From: an uncultured bacterium
GTDB taxonomy: Bacteria > Methylomirabilota > Methylomirabilia > Methylomirabilales > CSP1-5
Length of the DNA stretch: 64,000 bases
NCBI GenBank assembly: GCA_964348275.1
Contig: CAYGBT010000010.1
Coordinates: forward strand, 21,424 to 85,423
Reading direction: 5' to 3'
Shown: positions 16,663 to 26,428 of the stretch, in pieces
Position numbering within the stretch: position 1 is the stretch's first letter
How the letters are laid out: each line of letters begins with the position of its first letter
The notes under the pieces: model-generated
The model's database searches: none
Seen by the model: the letters and a program-made list of their open reading frames with translations, nothing else
Told to the model about the DNA's origin: nothing
Position numbers and translations under genes: made by a program

Positions 16663-18144
16663 ATGGGTCACCGCACAGCCTTACAGGATTTTGTGAAGTC
16701 GAGGATGAGGGCCTCCCGGGTGGTGGTGGTCTCCAATCGGGCGCCGTATATGCATGTCTATGAGGGAGACCAGATCATCTCGCGACGACCGGCCGGCGGG
16801 GTCGTGGTGGCACTCGATCCGGTGCTGCGAGTGGCCAAGGGGAGCTGGGTGGCCGCCGGGCAGACCGAAGCGGACCGGAATGTCGCGGATGAGGAGGGGC
16901 GGGTCCGTGTTCCACCGGAGGATCCCCAGTACACCTTACGACGTGTGTGGCTGACCAAAGAGCAGGAGGAGGGGTACTATTACGGCTTCTCCAATGAGAC
17001 CCTCTGGCCGCTCTGCCATGCGGCCTTTATCCGACCGTTGTTTCGCGCCGCCGACTGGCAGCACTACCAGGCGGTCAATCAGATCTTCGCCGACGCGGCC
17101 CTCAAAGAGGCTGGGTCCGGACGAGCGGTCATCTGGACTCAGGATTACCATCTTGCCCTCTGCCCGCGCCTTCTGAAGGAGGCGCGGCCGGAGTTGAGCG
17201 TGGCGCATTTCTGGCATACCCCCTGGCCGAACCCCGAGGTCTTTCGGATCTGCCCGTGGAGACGGGAGCTGTTAGAGGGGCTTTTGGGAAGTGATCTCCT
17301 CGGGTTTCACATCCGCTACCATTGCGATAATTTTCTGGCCACAGTGGCCAACGAACTGGAAGCCAAGATCATCACCGAACAGTCGGCTGTGCAGTACCGA
17401 GGACGCACGACACTGGTCAGACCCTTCCCCATTAGCATCGATTATCATCGGATCGTCCAGGATGTGGACTCACCCGAAGTGAAGGAAGAGACCCGTCGGA
17501 TCGAAGGGCTGCTGGGGGGGCGGCCGGAGTTCTTGGCGGTGGGGGTAGACCGGATTGACTACACCAAAGGGATCGTGGAACGGTTGGAGGCCATTGATCG
17601 GTTCCTCGAGCGGTACCCGCAATATTTGGGTCGGTTCATCTACCTGGGGATTGGCGCCCCCAGCCGGATTCATATCCCAGCGTACAAGCAACTTCGAGGA
17701 GAGATCGCCCAGCTGGTAGAAGAGATCAACTGGAAGCATGGAATGGAAACCTGGCAGCCGGTAATTTTTGTGGACCAACAGGTCAGTTACCCCAGGCTGC
17801 TGGCCTATCTGGCGATGGCAGATCTCTGCCTCGTGACGGCGCTCCATGACGGCATGAATTTGGTCGCCAAGGAGTTTATTGCGTCACAGCAACAGGAAAA
17901 CCCGGGCGTTCTCATCCTGAGCCGGTTTACCGGTGCGGCCCGCGAGCTGGTCGAGGCCTTGCCGATTAACCCGTATGACATCGAGGGGGCTGCCGAGACG
18001 ATTCGCCAGGGACTGGAGATGCCCCGGGACGAACGGATGAGACGCTTCCGGTGGCTCCAGGAGCAGATCCAGGACCACGATATCTACCGGTGGTCCCTGG
18101 AGATGCTCAGCGAGCTGAGACGGGTACGCCGCGGCCGGCTATGA
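16663..18144 (+). CDS. otsA: Trehalose-6-phosphate synthase
   Basis: GT20 motifs: ...VVVSNRAPY..., ...YYYGFSNETLWPLCH..., ...IWTQDYHL..., ...DGMNLVAKEF... Confidence 0.9.
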   Translation: MGHRTALQDFVKSRMRASRVVVVSNRAPYMHVYEGDQIISRRPAGGVVVALDPVLRVAKGSWVAAGQTEADRNVADEEGRVRVPPEDPQYTLRRVWLTKEQEEGYYYGFSNETLWPLCHAAFIRPLFRAADWQHYQAVNQIFADAALKEAGSGRAVIWTQDYHLALCPRLLKEARPELSVAHFWHTPWPNPEVFRICPWRRELLEGLLGSDLLGFHIRYHCDNFLATVANELEAKIITEQSAVQYRGRTTLVRPFPISIDYHRIVQDVDSPEVKEETRRIEGLLGGRPEFLAVGVDRIDYTKGIVERLEAIDRFLERYPQYLGRFIYLGIGAPSRIHIPAYKQLRGEIAQLVEEINWKHGMETWQPVIFVDQQVSYPRLLAYLAMADLCLVTALHDGMNLVAKEFIASQQQENPGVLILSRFTGAARELVEALPINPYDIEGAAETIRQGLEMPRDERMRRFRWLQEQIQDHDIYRWSLEMLSELRRVRRGRL

Positions 18145-18944
18145 CCCATCTCTTCCGGATTTGGGACCGCTGTGCCGTGCGGATCCGGCAGGCCGAACAG
18201 GTCGGTCTCTTGTTCGATTTCGATGGGACCTTGAGCCCCATTGCTAGCCGCCCAGAGGTTCCCCGCCTTTCGCCATCCTCCCGAAAGATGTTGCAGGCGC
18301 TTGCACAGGATAGCCGGGTGGCCGTGGGGATCGTGAGTGGTCGTGGGCTGAGGGACCTCCGAGGCCGCGTCAGGCTCCGCGGGATCTATTATGCGGGAAA
18401 CCATGGCCTGGAGCTGGAGGGGCCCGGGATCCGCTTTCTTCATCCTGGGGCTCGAGCGGCGCGACCGGTACTACTCCGACTCACTCAAGAGCTCCGGAGG
18501 CGCTTGCTGGGGGTGCCGGGCGTCCTCGTGGAAGATAAGACCTTAAGCCTGAGCCTCCACCTGCGACGCATTCCTGGCGCGAGACGCGCCTATGTTCGGA
18601 GCGTCTTCGCGCGGACAGTGAGGCCGCATCTGAAGGAGGGGGCGGTTCGGGTGACCCGAGGAAAGTTGGTCTTGGAGGTTCGCCCCGCTGTCGACTGGGA
18701 TAAGGGGAGTGCCGTGGGACTCATCCGGAAGGCGATTGGGAGAGGGCGGTCGTCTCGAAAGATTTTCCTGTGCTACGTCGGGGATGACGAGACCGACGAA
18801 GCGGCCTTCCAGGCCTTGGGAGAGGAGGACCTGGCGGTCTTCGTGGGAGGTCGGAAGCGGAGCAGTGCCGCTCCCTATTATCTTCGCGATCCTGGGGAGG
18901 TGGCGGATTTCTTGAAGCGTCTCAGGCGTTCGGTGGCCGCCTGA
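18141..18944 (+). CDS. otsB: Trehalose-6-phosphate phosphatase
   Basis: I place the start at ATG 18141 (MTHLFRIW...), overlapping the otsA stop. HAD motif I ...LLFDFDGTLSPIA...; ...YVGDDETDE... Confidence 0.85.
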   Translation: MTHLFRIWDRCAVRIRQAEQVGLLFDFDGTLSPIASRPEVPRLSPSSRKMLQALAQDSRVAVGIVSGRGLRDLRGRVRLRGIYYAGNHGLELEGPGIRFLHPGARAARPVLLRLTQELRRRLLGVPGVLVEDKTLSLSLHLRRIPGARRAYVRSVFARTVRPHLKEGAVRVTRGKLVLEVRPAVDWDKGSAVGLIRKAIGRGRSSRKIFLCYVGDDETDEAAFQALGEEDLAVFVGGRKRSSAAPYYLRDPGEVADFLKRLRRSVAA

Positions 18945-19001
18945 GGAGCAAGGAAAGATCGCTGGTATACCTCGGGTACAGATCGGCTGGCGGGATGAGA
19001 C

Positions 19002-19976
19002 ATGGACGAAACGCTGAAGCCCATTGATCTCCGAGGAGTAAAGACTTATCCCCTGGGGGGGCGGCCGAGTAAAGTCACCGCTGCCGCCCTGGCACGGGTC
19101 TGGCAGAAAGGGGGGGCCTTTCGGGACTTCCTGGCGAGCCTTCCCGATGTCTTGGGAGCACACGACTTTCGGGCGGTGGTGGCCGCCATCGTTGCCGCCC
19201 GGCGGGCCGGCAAGCCGGTAATCCTTGGGTTGGGTGCCCATGTCATCAAGGTCGGGCTCTCCCCGGTCGTGATCGATCTCTTGGAGCGGGGAATCGTGAC
19301 CGCTCTTGCCATGAACGGGGCTGGCCCCATTCACGATTTTGAACTCGCCTATGCCGGTTTTACCTCCGAGGAGGTCGAGCCGATGCTTCGGACCGGAGAG
19401 TTCGGGATGGCGGAGGAGACGGGGAAGATCCTGAACGAGGCGATACGAGACGGAAGGGACAAGGGGTGGGGTCTCGGACGGGCCGTGGGCGAGAAGCTGC
19501 TAGCCCTGAACCCGCCGCATCTCGTGTTGAGCCTTTGTGCCGCCGCGGTTCGTCTTCACCTTCCGGTGACCGTTCACGTCGCGGTGGGGACGGATATCAT
19601 TCACATGCACCCCTCGTGCGATGGGGCCGCCATCGGCCAGGCGAGTCACATCGACTTTCGGCTTCTCACGGCCGCGGTCGCTGAACTGGGGGGAGGGGGT
19701 GTCTATCTCAACGTGGGTTCCGCGGTTCTCCTTCCCGAGGTCTTCATGAAGGCGGTGGCGGTGGCTCGAAATCTGGGACACGCGGTGAAAGACTTTACCA
19801 CCGTGAATATGGATTTTCTGCAGCACTACCGACCGATGCAGAATGTCGTGCTCCGGCCGGTGGCAGGAGGTGGCCAGGGGTATGCCCTCACCGGTCACCA
19901 CGAGATCCTTTTCCCGCTTCTGGCCGCCGCCGTGATCGAGCAGTGGGAAGAACCAGAGGCGGGAAAAGCGAAGTAA
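19002..19976 (+). CDS. Conserved hypothetical protein, possibly a deoxyhypusine-synthase-like fold
   Basis: A clear 324-aa ORF. ...GKPVILGLGAHVIKVGLSPVVIDLLERGIVTALAMNGAGPIHDFE... resembles DHS-like NAD-binding proteins. The functional call is weak. Confidence 0.5.
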   Translation: MDETLKPIDLRGVKTYPLGGRPSKVTAAALARVWQKGGAFRDFLASLPDVLGAHDFRAVVAAIVAARRAGKPVILGLGAHVIKVGLSPVVIDLLERGIVTALAMNGAGPIHDFELAYAGFTSEEVEPMLRTGEFGMAEETGKILNEAIRDGRDKGWGLGRAVGEKLLALNPPHLVLSLCAAAVRLHLPVTVHVAVGTDIIHMHPSCDGAAIGQASHIDFRLLTAAVAELGGGGVYLNVGSAVLLPEVFMKAVAVARNLGHAVKDFTTVNMDFLQHYRPMQNVVLRPVAGGGQGYALTGHHEILFPLLAAAVIEQWEEPEAGKAK

Positions 19977-20024
19977 CCGCATCGGAGCGTCCCGGCCCTA
20001 CATCCCGTCTCCGGGAAGAGTGAA

Positions 20025-20516
20025 ATGCTGCCGCACTATGCGGGGAAACTGAAGACGCTCACCGAGCTCGTCTCCACTGTGCAGGAGCTCCGCCGACAGG
20101 GAAAGCGGGTGGTCTTCACCAATGGGTGCTTCGACCTGCTCCATCGAGGGCACGTTCGGTATCTGGATGAGGCCAAGGGTCTAGGCGATGTACTCGTCGT
20201 CGCCATCAACAGCGACGCCTCGGTCCGCGCCCTCAAGGGACCGGATCGACCCGTGATGTCCCACGAGGAGCGAGCCGAGCTTGTGGCTGCCTTGGCCGCG
20301 GTGGACTATGTTCTTATTTTTGAGGAGCTCGATCCCGAGAAGGTCATCGGGGCGCTCGAGCCGGACCTGCTGGTAAAGGGAGGGGATTGGCAGGAGGAGC
20401 AGGTGATCGGGCGACAGATCGTCGAGGGTCGGGGAGGACGCGTCTGTACCCTTCCGTATGTAGAGGGAGCTTCGAGTAGCCAGCTCCTCCGGCGCATCCG
20501 GGAAGGCAAGGGATGA
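20025..20516 (+). CDS. D-glycero-beta-D-manno-heptose-1-phosphate adenylyltransferase (RfaE domain II type)
   Basis: 163 aa cytidylyltransferase fold: ...VVFTNGCFDLLHRGHVRYL...INSDASV... Confidence 0.85.
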   Translation: MLPHYAGKLKTLTELVSTVQELRRQGKRVVFTNGCFDLLHRGHVRYLDEAKGLGDVLVVAINSDASVRALKGPDRPVMSHEERAELVAALAAVDYVLIFEELDPEKVIGALEPDLLVKGGDWQEEQVIGRQIVEGRGGRVCTLPYVEGASSSQLLRRIREGKG

Positions 20517-23500
20517 TCACGGGACGATTTGGTGAGCTTCAGCTCCTCGGCCTTCAGGAGGCACTTTCAGATCTCGCCGCCGGCGGCGCACTCTCCCTGC
20601 ATGGCCTCTGGGGAGGTGCCCGGGCACTCGTGTTGGGGAAAGTTGCCAGGGTGCTTAAGCGTCCTCTCGTCGTCGTGACGGCCACCCTGAAGGAAGGAGA
20701 GGAGCTCACGGCGGATCTCCGCTTCTTCCTCGATCGGGACCGGGTGAACCTCTTTCCGGAGCGAGAGGTTCCACCATTTCAGCCGGTCTCGCCGCCACTC
20801 GAGGTCCGGGCGGAGCGGATCCAGCGCCTGCGAGAGCTCCGGGACGACGAGCTCAAGGCGCTCGTGGTCCCCATCCGTGCCCTCTTCCGACGCCTCCTCC
20901 CCCCCGACGCCCTGGACTTGGCGACGTTGCACCTCTATCCCCATCGGATTGTCCCGCCCGAGCAGGTCGTGGCGCTGCTCGAGGTGGGGGGGTATCGGTT
21001 GGTCCCCCAGGTGGAGCAATCGGGAGAGTACAGCCGTCGGGGGGGTATCCTCGATATCGGTCTACCACATTTGCTGCATCCGGTTCGGATCGAGTTCTTC
21101 GGGGACGAGATCGAATCTATCCGGACCTTTGATGTCAGGACGCAACGCTCTCTGTCGAGCCTGCCCACTACGGATGGGGTGACCATCCTTCCCCTCTCAG
21201 AGATTCTTCTGAGCGCGGAGTCTCGGGAGTTCGCCAGGCAGTGGATGGGGCGGGAACGTCCTGCTGCCGTGAAGGAAGCAGTTGAATCGGGGAGGCCCGG
21301 CCCAGGGCTCGAGCGGTATCTTCCCTCCTTTTATCGTCGCATCGTCCCCCTGTGGGAATACTTTAGCGCGGGGACGATTCTCGTCTGGGACGACCCGGAC
21401 CAACTGAAGGCCCAGGCGGAGAGGACTGAGCATCTCCTGGTTGAAGAGTACGCGCGGCATCAAGCGGAAGGCCTCCCCCCCCTGACCGCCACTCACCTCC
21501 GGTGGAAGGAAATTCACGTGCGCCTCGCCTCAAGGCCGAGGGTCGACGTTTTCCCGTTCTCGCCCGCCCCGCAGCGTGAGAGGAGTACCTCCGGGTTCGA
21601 GACCAAGCAGATTCCTTCGTATCAGGGGCGTATGATGCCCCTCGTGCGCGATCTCGAAAACTGGCGTCGAGAGGGTCGCGCGATTACCCTCGTGGCGAGG
21701 GGGACGACCCAGGCCCATCGCCTTTGCGAAGTCCTTCGCGAACACGACCTGGGGGCGACGGTCACGGATGGGCCTCCCGGACCCGGAAGCATCCATATTC
21801 TGGAAGGGGGACTCAGCGCTGGATTTTACTTTGCGCCGCTCAAGCAGACGTATCTCACGGAGGCCGAGATCTTTGGCCCGCGTCGGGCAGTTTCTGTCCG
21901 TCGGCCGAAGATCCGAGAAGACCGTGCCTTGGCAGCATTCGAGGATGTGAAGTCTGGAGATGTGGTCGTTCACGTGGATCATGGCATCGGCCGGTTTCAC
22001 GGACTGCAGAAGCTCACGGTGGGCGAGGTCGAGGGAGATTACCTTTTGCTGGAGTATGCGGGCGGCGATAAGCTCTACGTCCCGGTGGACAAACTCCACC
22101 TGGTCCAGCGCTATGTTCGTGCCGACACCACCGTAAGCGGACCTCCCCTGGATCGTTTGGGATCGAGCTCGTGGGCGAGGGCCAAGGACCGGGTGCGGGC
22201 GTCCATTCGCGAAATGGCCCAAGGGCTCTTGAAGCTCTACGCCGCCCGGCAGCTGGCCGGGGGTCATGCGTACTCTCCGGATACTCCCTGGCAGCGGGAG
22301 TTTGAGGTTGCCTTTCCCTTTGAGGAAACGGAAGACCAGATGGGGGCCATCCAGCAGGTCAAGGTGGATATGGAGCGGCCTCAGCCGATGGACCGCCTGA
22401 TCTGTGGCGATGTCGGCTACGGCAAGACCGAGGTAGCCATGCGCGCCGCTTTCAAGACCGTCATGGACGGGAAACAAGTGGCGGTGCTCGTCCCCACGAC
22501 CGTGTTAGCGCTGCAACACTTTCAATCGTTCGCGGATCGCTTTGCCCCTTTTCCGATCGTGGTGGAGATGCTCTCGCGATTTCGGACTCGCGGAGAACAG
22601 CACAAGGTCCTGCGGGGGTTGCGGGACGGGACGGTAGATGTTGTCATCGGGACCCATCGGCTTTTGCAGAGGGATGTCCGCTTTCGGGACCTGGGACTCC
22701 TTGTCGTAGATGAGGAGCAGCGGTTTGGCGTGGCTGCCAAAGAACGCCTGAAGCAGTTTCGCACCGAGGTCGATGTCCTCACCCTTACGGCTACTCCCAT
22801 CCCCCGAACCCTTCACATGGCGATGTTGGGGGTTCGAGATGTCTCCACCATCGAGACGCCTCCCGAGGATCGGTTGAGCATTCGCACCTACGTCACACGC
22901 TTCGACCCCGAGGTGATCCGGCAGGCGGTGGAGGAAGAGATCGGCCGAGGTGGCCAGGTCTTTTTTGTCCACAACCGGATCGAGAGCATCCATTCGATGG
23001 CGCGGTTCCTCAAACGCCTGCTCCCCCATGTGAAGCTCGCGGTGGCCCATGGGCAGATGACGGAGGAGACGCTGGAACGGGTCATGTGCGACTTTTACGC
23101 AAAGCGGTATCAGCTCCTCTGCTCGACGGCCATCATCGAGTCGGGTCTCGATATTCCGACCGCCAATACCATCATCATTAATCGCGCGGACCGGTTTGGA
23201 TTGGCCCAGCTCTATCAGCTGCGAGGGCGAGTCGGTCGGGACCGGTTCCGAGCGCATGCCTACCTCCTCATTCCCCGAGAGGAGGCCCTCAGTGAGAGTG
23301 CACGAAAGCGACTGCAGGTCATCGCGGAGCTGACGGAACTGGGGTCCGGCTTCAAGATTGCCACCAGGGACCTGGAAATCCGGGGAGCGGGAAATCTCCT
23401 CGGCGTGGAACAGCATGGGCATATCAATGCGGTCGGGTTTGATCTCTACTGTCAGCTGATCGAGGAGACGGTACGGGAACTCAAAGGAGTGGACCGCGAG

Positions 23501-23980
23501 GTGGTAGTGGATCCGGTGCTCCGTCTCCCCATCGAGGCCTACATCCCCGAGGCGTACGTGTCGGATGCCGTTGTCCGCCTCGGCTTATACCGGCGCCTGT
23601 CGGGGGCCACCTCCGTAAAAGAACGGGAGGATTTTATCGGAGAACTTCAGGACCGGTTTGGTCCCCTCCCCTCGCCGGTGGAGCATCTCTTGATAGCCCT
23701 CGATCTGAAGGCCAAGGCCCGGTTCCTCCGGATTAAGGAGATCGACGCCCGTGACGACGTCGTGCGGATTGCCTTCGGGCCAGCGCCGGCCGTCCCGCCC
23801 GAGCGAATCGTGGGGCTTCTCCACACGATGGGGGGAGAGCTCCGTTATTTGCCCCAAGATACCTTGGAGCTTCGGTGTGGGAAGACCTCCGCTCTCGAGC
23901 GGATTGAGCGGCTCCGGACCCTGCTCGACCGGATGGGGGAGCCGAGTACAGAGTCAACCGGGGCCGCAGGAAGGTCATGA
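20513..23980 (+). CDS. mfd: Transcription-repair coupling factor
   Basis: 1155 aa; CarD-like ...GDVVVHVDHGIGRF...; helicase motifs ...GDVGYGKTEVAMRAAF..., ...VVDEEQRFGV..., ...QLRGRVGR... Confidence 0.95.
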   Translation: MITGRFGELQLLGLQEALSDLAAGGALSLHGLWGGARALVLGKVARVLKRPLVVVTATLKEGEELTADLRFFLDRDRVNLFPEREVPPFQPVSPPLEVRAERIQRLRELRDDELKALVVPIRALFRRLLPPDALDLATLHLYPHRIVPPEQVVALLEVGGYRLVPQVEQSGEYSRRGGILDIGLPHLLHPVRIEFFGDEIESIRTFDVRTQRSLSSLPTTDGVTILPLSEILLSAESREFARQWMGRERPAAVKEAVESGRPGPGLERYLPSFYRRIVPLWEYFSAGTILVWDDPDQLKAQAERTEHLLVEEYARHQAEGLPPLTATHLRWKEIHVRLASRPRVDVFPFSPAPQRERSTSGFETKQIPSYQGRMMPLVRDLENWRREGRAITLVARGTTQAHRLCEVLREHDLGATVTDGPPGPGSIHILEGGLSAGFYFAPLKQTYLTEAEIFGPRRAVSVRRPKIREDRALAAFEDVKSGDVVVHVDHGIGRFHGLQKLTVGEVEGDYLLLEYAGGDKLYVPVDKLHLVQRYVRADTTVSGPPLDRLGSSSWARAKDRVRASIREMAQGLLKLYAARQLAGGHAYSPDTPWQREFEVAFPFEETEDQMGAIQQVKVDMERPQPMDRLICGDVGYGKTEVAMRAAFKTVMDGKQVAVLVPTTVLALQHFQSFADRFAPFPIVVEMLSRFRTRGEQHKVLRGLRDGTVDVVIGTHRLLQRDVRFRDLGLLVVDEEQRFGVAAKERLKQFRTEVDVLTLTATPIPRTLHMAMLGVRDVSTIETPPEDRLSIRTYVTRFDPEVIRQAVEEEIGRGGQVFFVHNRIESIHSMARFLKRLLPHVKLAVAHGQMTEETLERVMCDFYAKRYQLLCSTAIIESGLDIPTANTIIINRADRFGLAQLYQLRGRVGRDRFRAHAYLLIPREEALSESARKRLQVIAELTELGSGFKIATRDLEIRGAGNLLGVEQHGHINAVGFDLYCQLIEETVRELKGVDREVVVDPVLRLPIEAYIPEAYVSDAVVRLGLYRRLSGATSVKEREDFIGELQDRFGPLPSPVEHLLIALDLKAKARFLRIKEIDARDDVVRIAFGPAPAVPPERIVGLLHTMGGELRYLPQDTLELRCGKTSALERIERLRTLLDRMGEPSTESTGAAGRS

Positions 23981-24957
23981 TACGTCACTCCCGAAACTTT
24001 TTGCTCGTTGTACTCATCGTCTGGGGGGGAACCGCGGCGGCCGCGGAGCCGATCCTCATTGACAAGGTAGCCGCCGTGGTGAACGACGAAGTGATTACCC
24101 TCAGCGAGGTCCAGAAGGAGGGGAAACCCCTCATTCAGCGAATTCGCCAGGAGTTGAGCGAGGACGTTTGGGCGAGTCAGATATCGATTACCCAACGGCA
24201 GGTCCTCGACGCGCTCATCCTTCGCCGATTGCAGTTACAGGAGGCCCAAAAAGAGAATGTCATCGTGGATCAGGCCCAGGTGACGGCGACCATAAACGAG
24301 ATCAAAGTGCGGAACGGATTCAGGAGCGACGCCGAGCTCGCCGAAGCCCTGGCGCAGGAGAATCTCACCCTGGAGGAGTTCAGAACCAAGATCTGGGAGC
24401 AGCTGGTTGTCGATTCGCTTCTCAGCGTGAAAGTGCGAACGAGTGTTGTCTTATCTGAAGAGGAGATTACGGAATATTACCAGGTCCACCTCGCTGAATA
24501 CCAACAGTCCCCCTCGGTGCGGATCCGGCATGTGCTCGTCCGTCTGCCCGAGACTGCGTCCTCTGAGGATGTAGAGAAGGCCCAGAACCGTGCAGCTGAG
24601 GCGCTCGAGGCGCTTCGAAATGGGGGGGATTTTGCAAAAGTGGCCGCACAGTATTCGGATGGCGCGGCGGCCCAGGATGGGGGCGACTTGGGCGTCATCC
24701 GAAAGGGGGAACTGGACCCGACTCTGGAGTCGGTTGCTTTTTCCCTAGAACCCGGGAGCCTCAGCGATATCATCCGGACCGCGGCGGGATTCAATATCAT
24801 TAAGGTGGAGGAACGGACGGCCGGCGATGTGCCAATTGCTGAGGTCCGAGATCGGATGCGCGAACGCCTTTTCGCCGAAAAGGTGGAGAAACGAATGAAC
24901 GAGTATTTTGGGGAACTCAAAGAGAGGGCCTACATCGAGATCCGCCTCACCGAGTAA
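23977..24957 (+). CDS. SurA-like periplasmic chaperone / parvulin-type peptidyl-prolyl isomerase
   Basis: Signal peptide; SurA_N-like region; parvulin domain ...VRIRHVLV...GGDLGVIRKGEL...GFNIIKVEER... Confidence 0.85.
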   Translation: MIRHSRNFLLVVLIVWGGTAAAAEPILIDKVAAVVNDEVITLSEVQKEGKPLIQRIRQELSEDVWASQISITQRQVLDALILRRLQLQEAQKENVIVDQAQVTATINEIKVRNGFRSDAELAEALAQENLTLEEFRTKIWEQLVVDSLLSVKVRTSVVLSEEEITEYYQVHLAEYQQSPSVRIRHVLVRLPETASSEDVEKAQNRAAEALEALRNGGDFAKVAAQYSDGAAAQDGGDLGVIRKGELDPTLESVAFSLEPGSLSDIIRTAAGFNIIKVEERTAGDVPIAEVRDRMRERLFAEKVEKRMNEYFGELKERAYIEIRLTE

Positions 24958-24962
24958 CTTCC

Positions 24963-25050
24963 GCTGAGAGCTAAGAGTCGAGAGTTGAGAGTCAGGGGCT
25001 TACTCCTCTGTTCTGGAACCCCTCGACTCTGGGCACTCGACTCTCGACTA
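24963..25050. repeat. Heptamer-arm hairpin between convergent genes (probable bidirectional terminator)
   Basis: Left arm: GCTGAGA GCTAAGA GTCGAGA GTTGAGA GTCAGGG. Right arm: TCGACTC TGGGCAC TCGACTC TCGACTA (complementary). It fills the 97-nt gap between the stops at 24957 and 25055. Confidence 0.75.
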
Positions 25051-25054
25051 TTCA

Positions 25055-26122
25055 CTAACACAGGGGAAGGTCTGCGGCCGCATTGAGGTCCAGGGATGCG
25101 ACCTCTCCTTGAGCAAGACGGGCGGAGCCGGCCGCGGCGATCATGGCAGCGTTGTCGGTGCACAGCTCGGGCCGGGGCCAATAGACTTCGATCCCGTCAC
25201 GGCCTGCCTTGCTCGCCAGGTGTTGCCGAAGCGAGTGGTTGCAGGCGACCCCACCCGTGATCAGAATCCGAGGGGCGTTCACGCGCTTCGCGGCCTTGAT
25301 GGCATTGCGCGTGAGGACATCCACGACCGCCTGCTGGAAGCTGGCGGCGATGTCCGCCACCAGTTGCGGATTGAGAGGGGCGGGTTCGGAGTTGAAGGTC
25401 CTCGCTCCTGTGGCACCGCGTCTCCGGGGTGTCCGGTACCCCCTGTGCTCGAGATAATGAATTACCGCGGTCTTGAGCCCGCTGAAACTGAAGTCTAACG
25501 AACCATGACCCAGGATTGGTCGCGGGAGGGGTACTGCTCGGGGATCGGCGGTCCTCGCCACGTGTTCGATGTGGGGGCCTCCGGGAAAGGGGAGACCGAG
25601 AAGCTTCGCGACCTTATCAAAAGCCTCTCCCGCCGCGTCATCTCGAGTACAACCCAGCAAGCGATACTTCCTGGGAGCCTCTGCGTGGTACAGGTGTGTG
25701 TGTCCCCCCGAAGCCACCAGGGCGACATAGGGGCACTCGAGGCGCGGATGGTCGAGCAGACCGGCGGCCAGATGCCCCTCAATATGGTTGATCGCCACCA
25801 GGGGCTTCCCAAGCGTGTACGCTAACGCCTTGGCTGCGGACAGCCCCACGAGCAGGGATCCTACCAGGCCGGGACCCACCGTCACGGCGAGGCCCGTCAG
25901 ATCACCAAAATCCATCCCGGCCTCCCGGACCGCCAACCGCATGACCGGCCCGATCATCTCCAGGTGGCGGCGGGAGGCAAGCTCTGGCACGATCCCCCCG
26001 TAGGGAGCATGCACCCTTACCTGCGATGCCACGATGTTGGACCGGATCTTTTCTCCCCCTTCCAACACCGCAGCAGCGGTTTCATCACACGAGGTCTCGA
26101 TGCCCAGGATAAAGTCAACCAT
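25055..26122 (-). CDS. tsaD: tRNA N6-adenosine threonylcarbamoyltransferase
   Basis: ...ILGIETSCDETAAAV..., ...INHIEGHL..., ...LVASGGHTHLY..., ...TGGVACN... Confidence 0.95.
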   Translation of the reverse strand: MVDFILGIETSCDETAAAVLEGGEKIRSNIVASQVRVHAPYGGIVPELASRRHLEMIGPVMRLAVREAGMDFGDLTGLAVTVGPGLVGSLLVGLSAAKALAYTLGKPLVAINHIEGHLAAGLLDHPRLECPYVALVASGGHTHLYHAEAPRKYRLLGCTRDDAAGEAFDKVAKLLGLPFPGGPHIEHVARTADPRAVPLPRPILGHGSLDFSFSGLKTAVIHYLEHRGYRTPRRRGATGARTFNSEPAPLNPQLVADIAASFQQAVVDVLTRNAIKAAKRVNAPRILITGGVACNHSLRQHLASKAGRDGIEVYWPRPELCTDNAAMIAAAGSARLAQGEVASLDLNAAADLPLC

Positions 26123-26137
26123 ATCTTTAAGTTGTTA

Positions 26138-26302
26138 GCTATCAGCGATCAGCTGTCATCAATGACATACAGCGGTCGGCTGTCAGCAGTCGGCTATCAG
26201 CTTCTCCATGGCCTCTCATACTGAGAAGTGAAGCCTGCTACGAGTCTGACGGCTGAGTGCTGAATGCTACTTAGTGATTGCTGATGGCGGGTAGCTGACA
26301 GC
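26138..26302. repeat. Heptamer-arm hairpin element upstream of tsaD
   Basis: Left arm 26138-26200: GCTATCA GCGATCA GCTGTCA TCAATGA CATACAG CGGTCGG CTGTCAG CAGTCGG CTATCAG. Right arm 26252-26302: GCTGAGT GCTGAAT GCTACTT AGTGATT GCTGATG GCGGGTA GCTGACA (complement of TGTCAGC). Confidence 0.75.
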
Positions 26303-26428
26303 TTTCTTCGCTTTCCGACTGGTACCGTTCCACCTATTCTTGTCTGGCCAATCTTCTCACTGCACCCGCTCACGAGTGTTGAAAGAAATCCCGCCCCCTC
26401 GAATTCGGCGTATCAAGTTGGAACGGCA

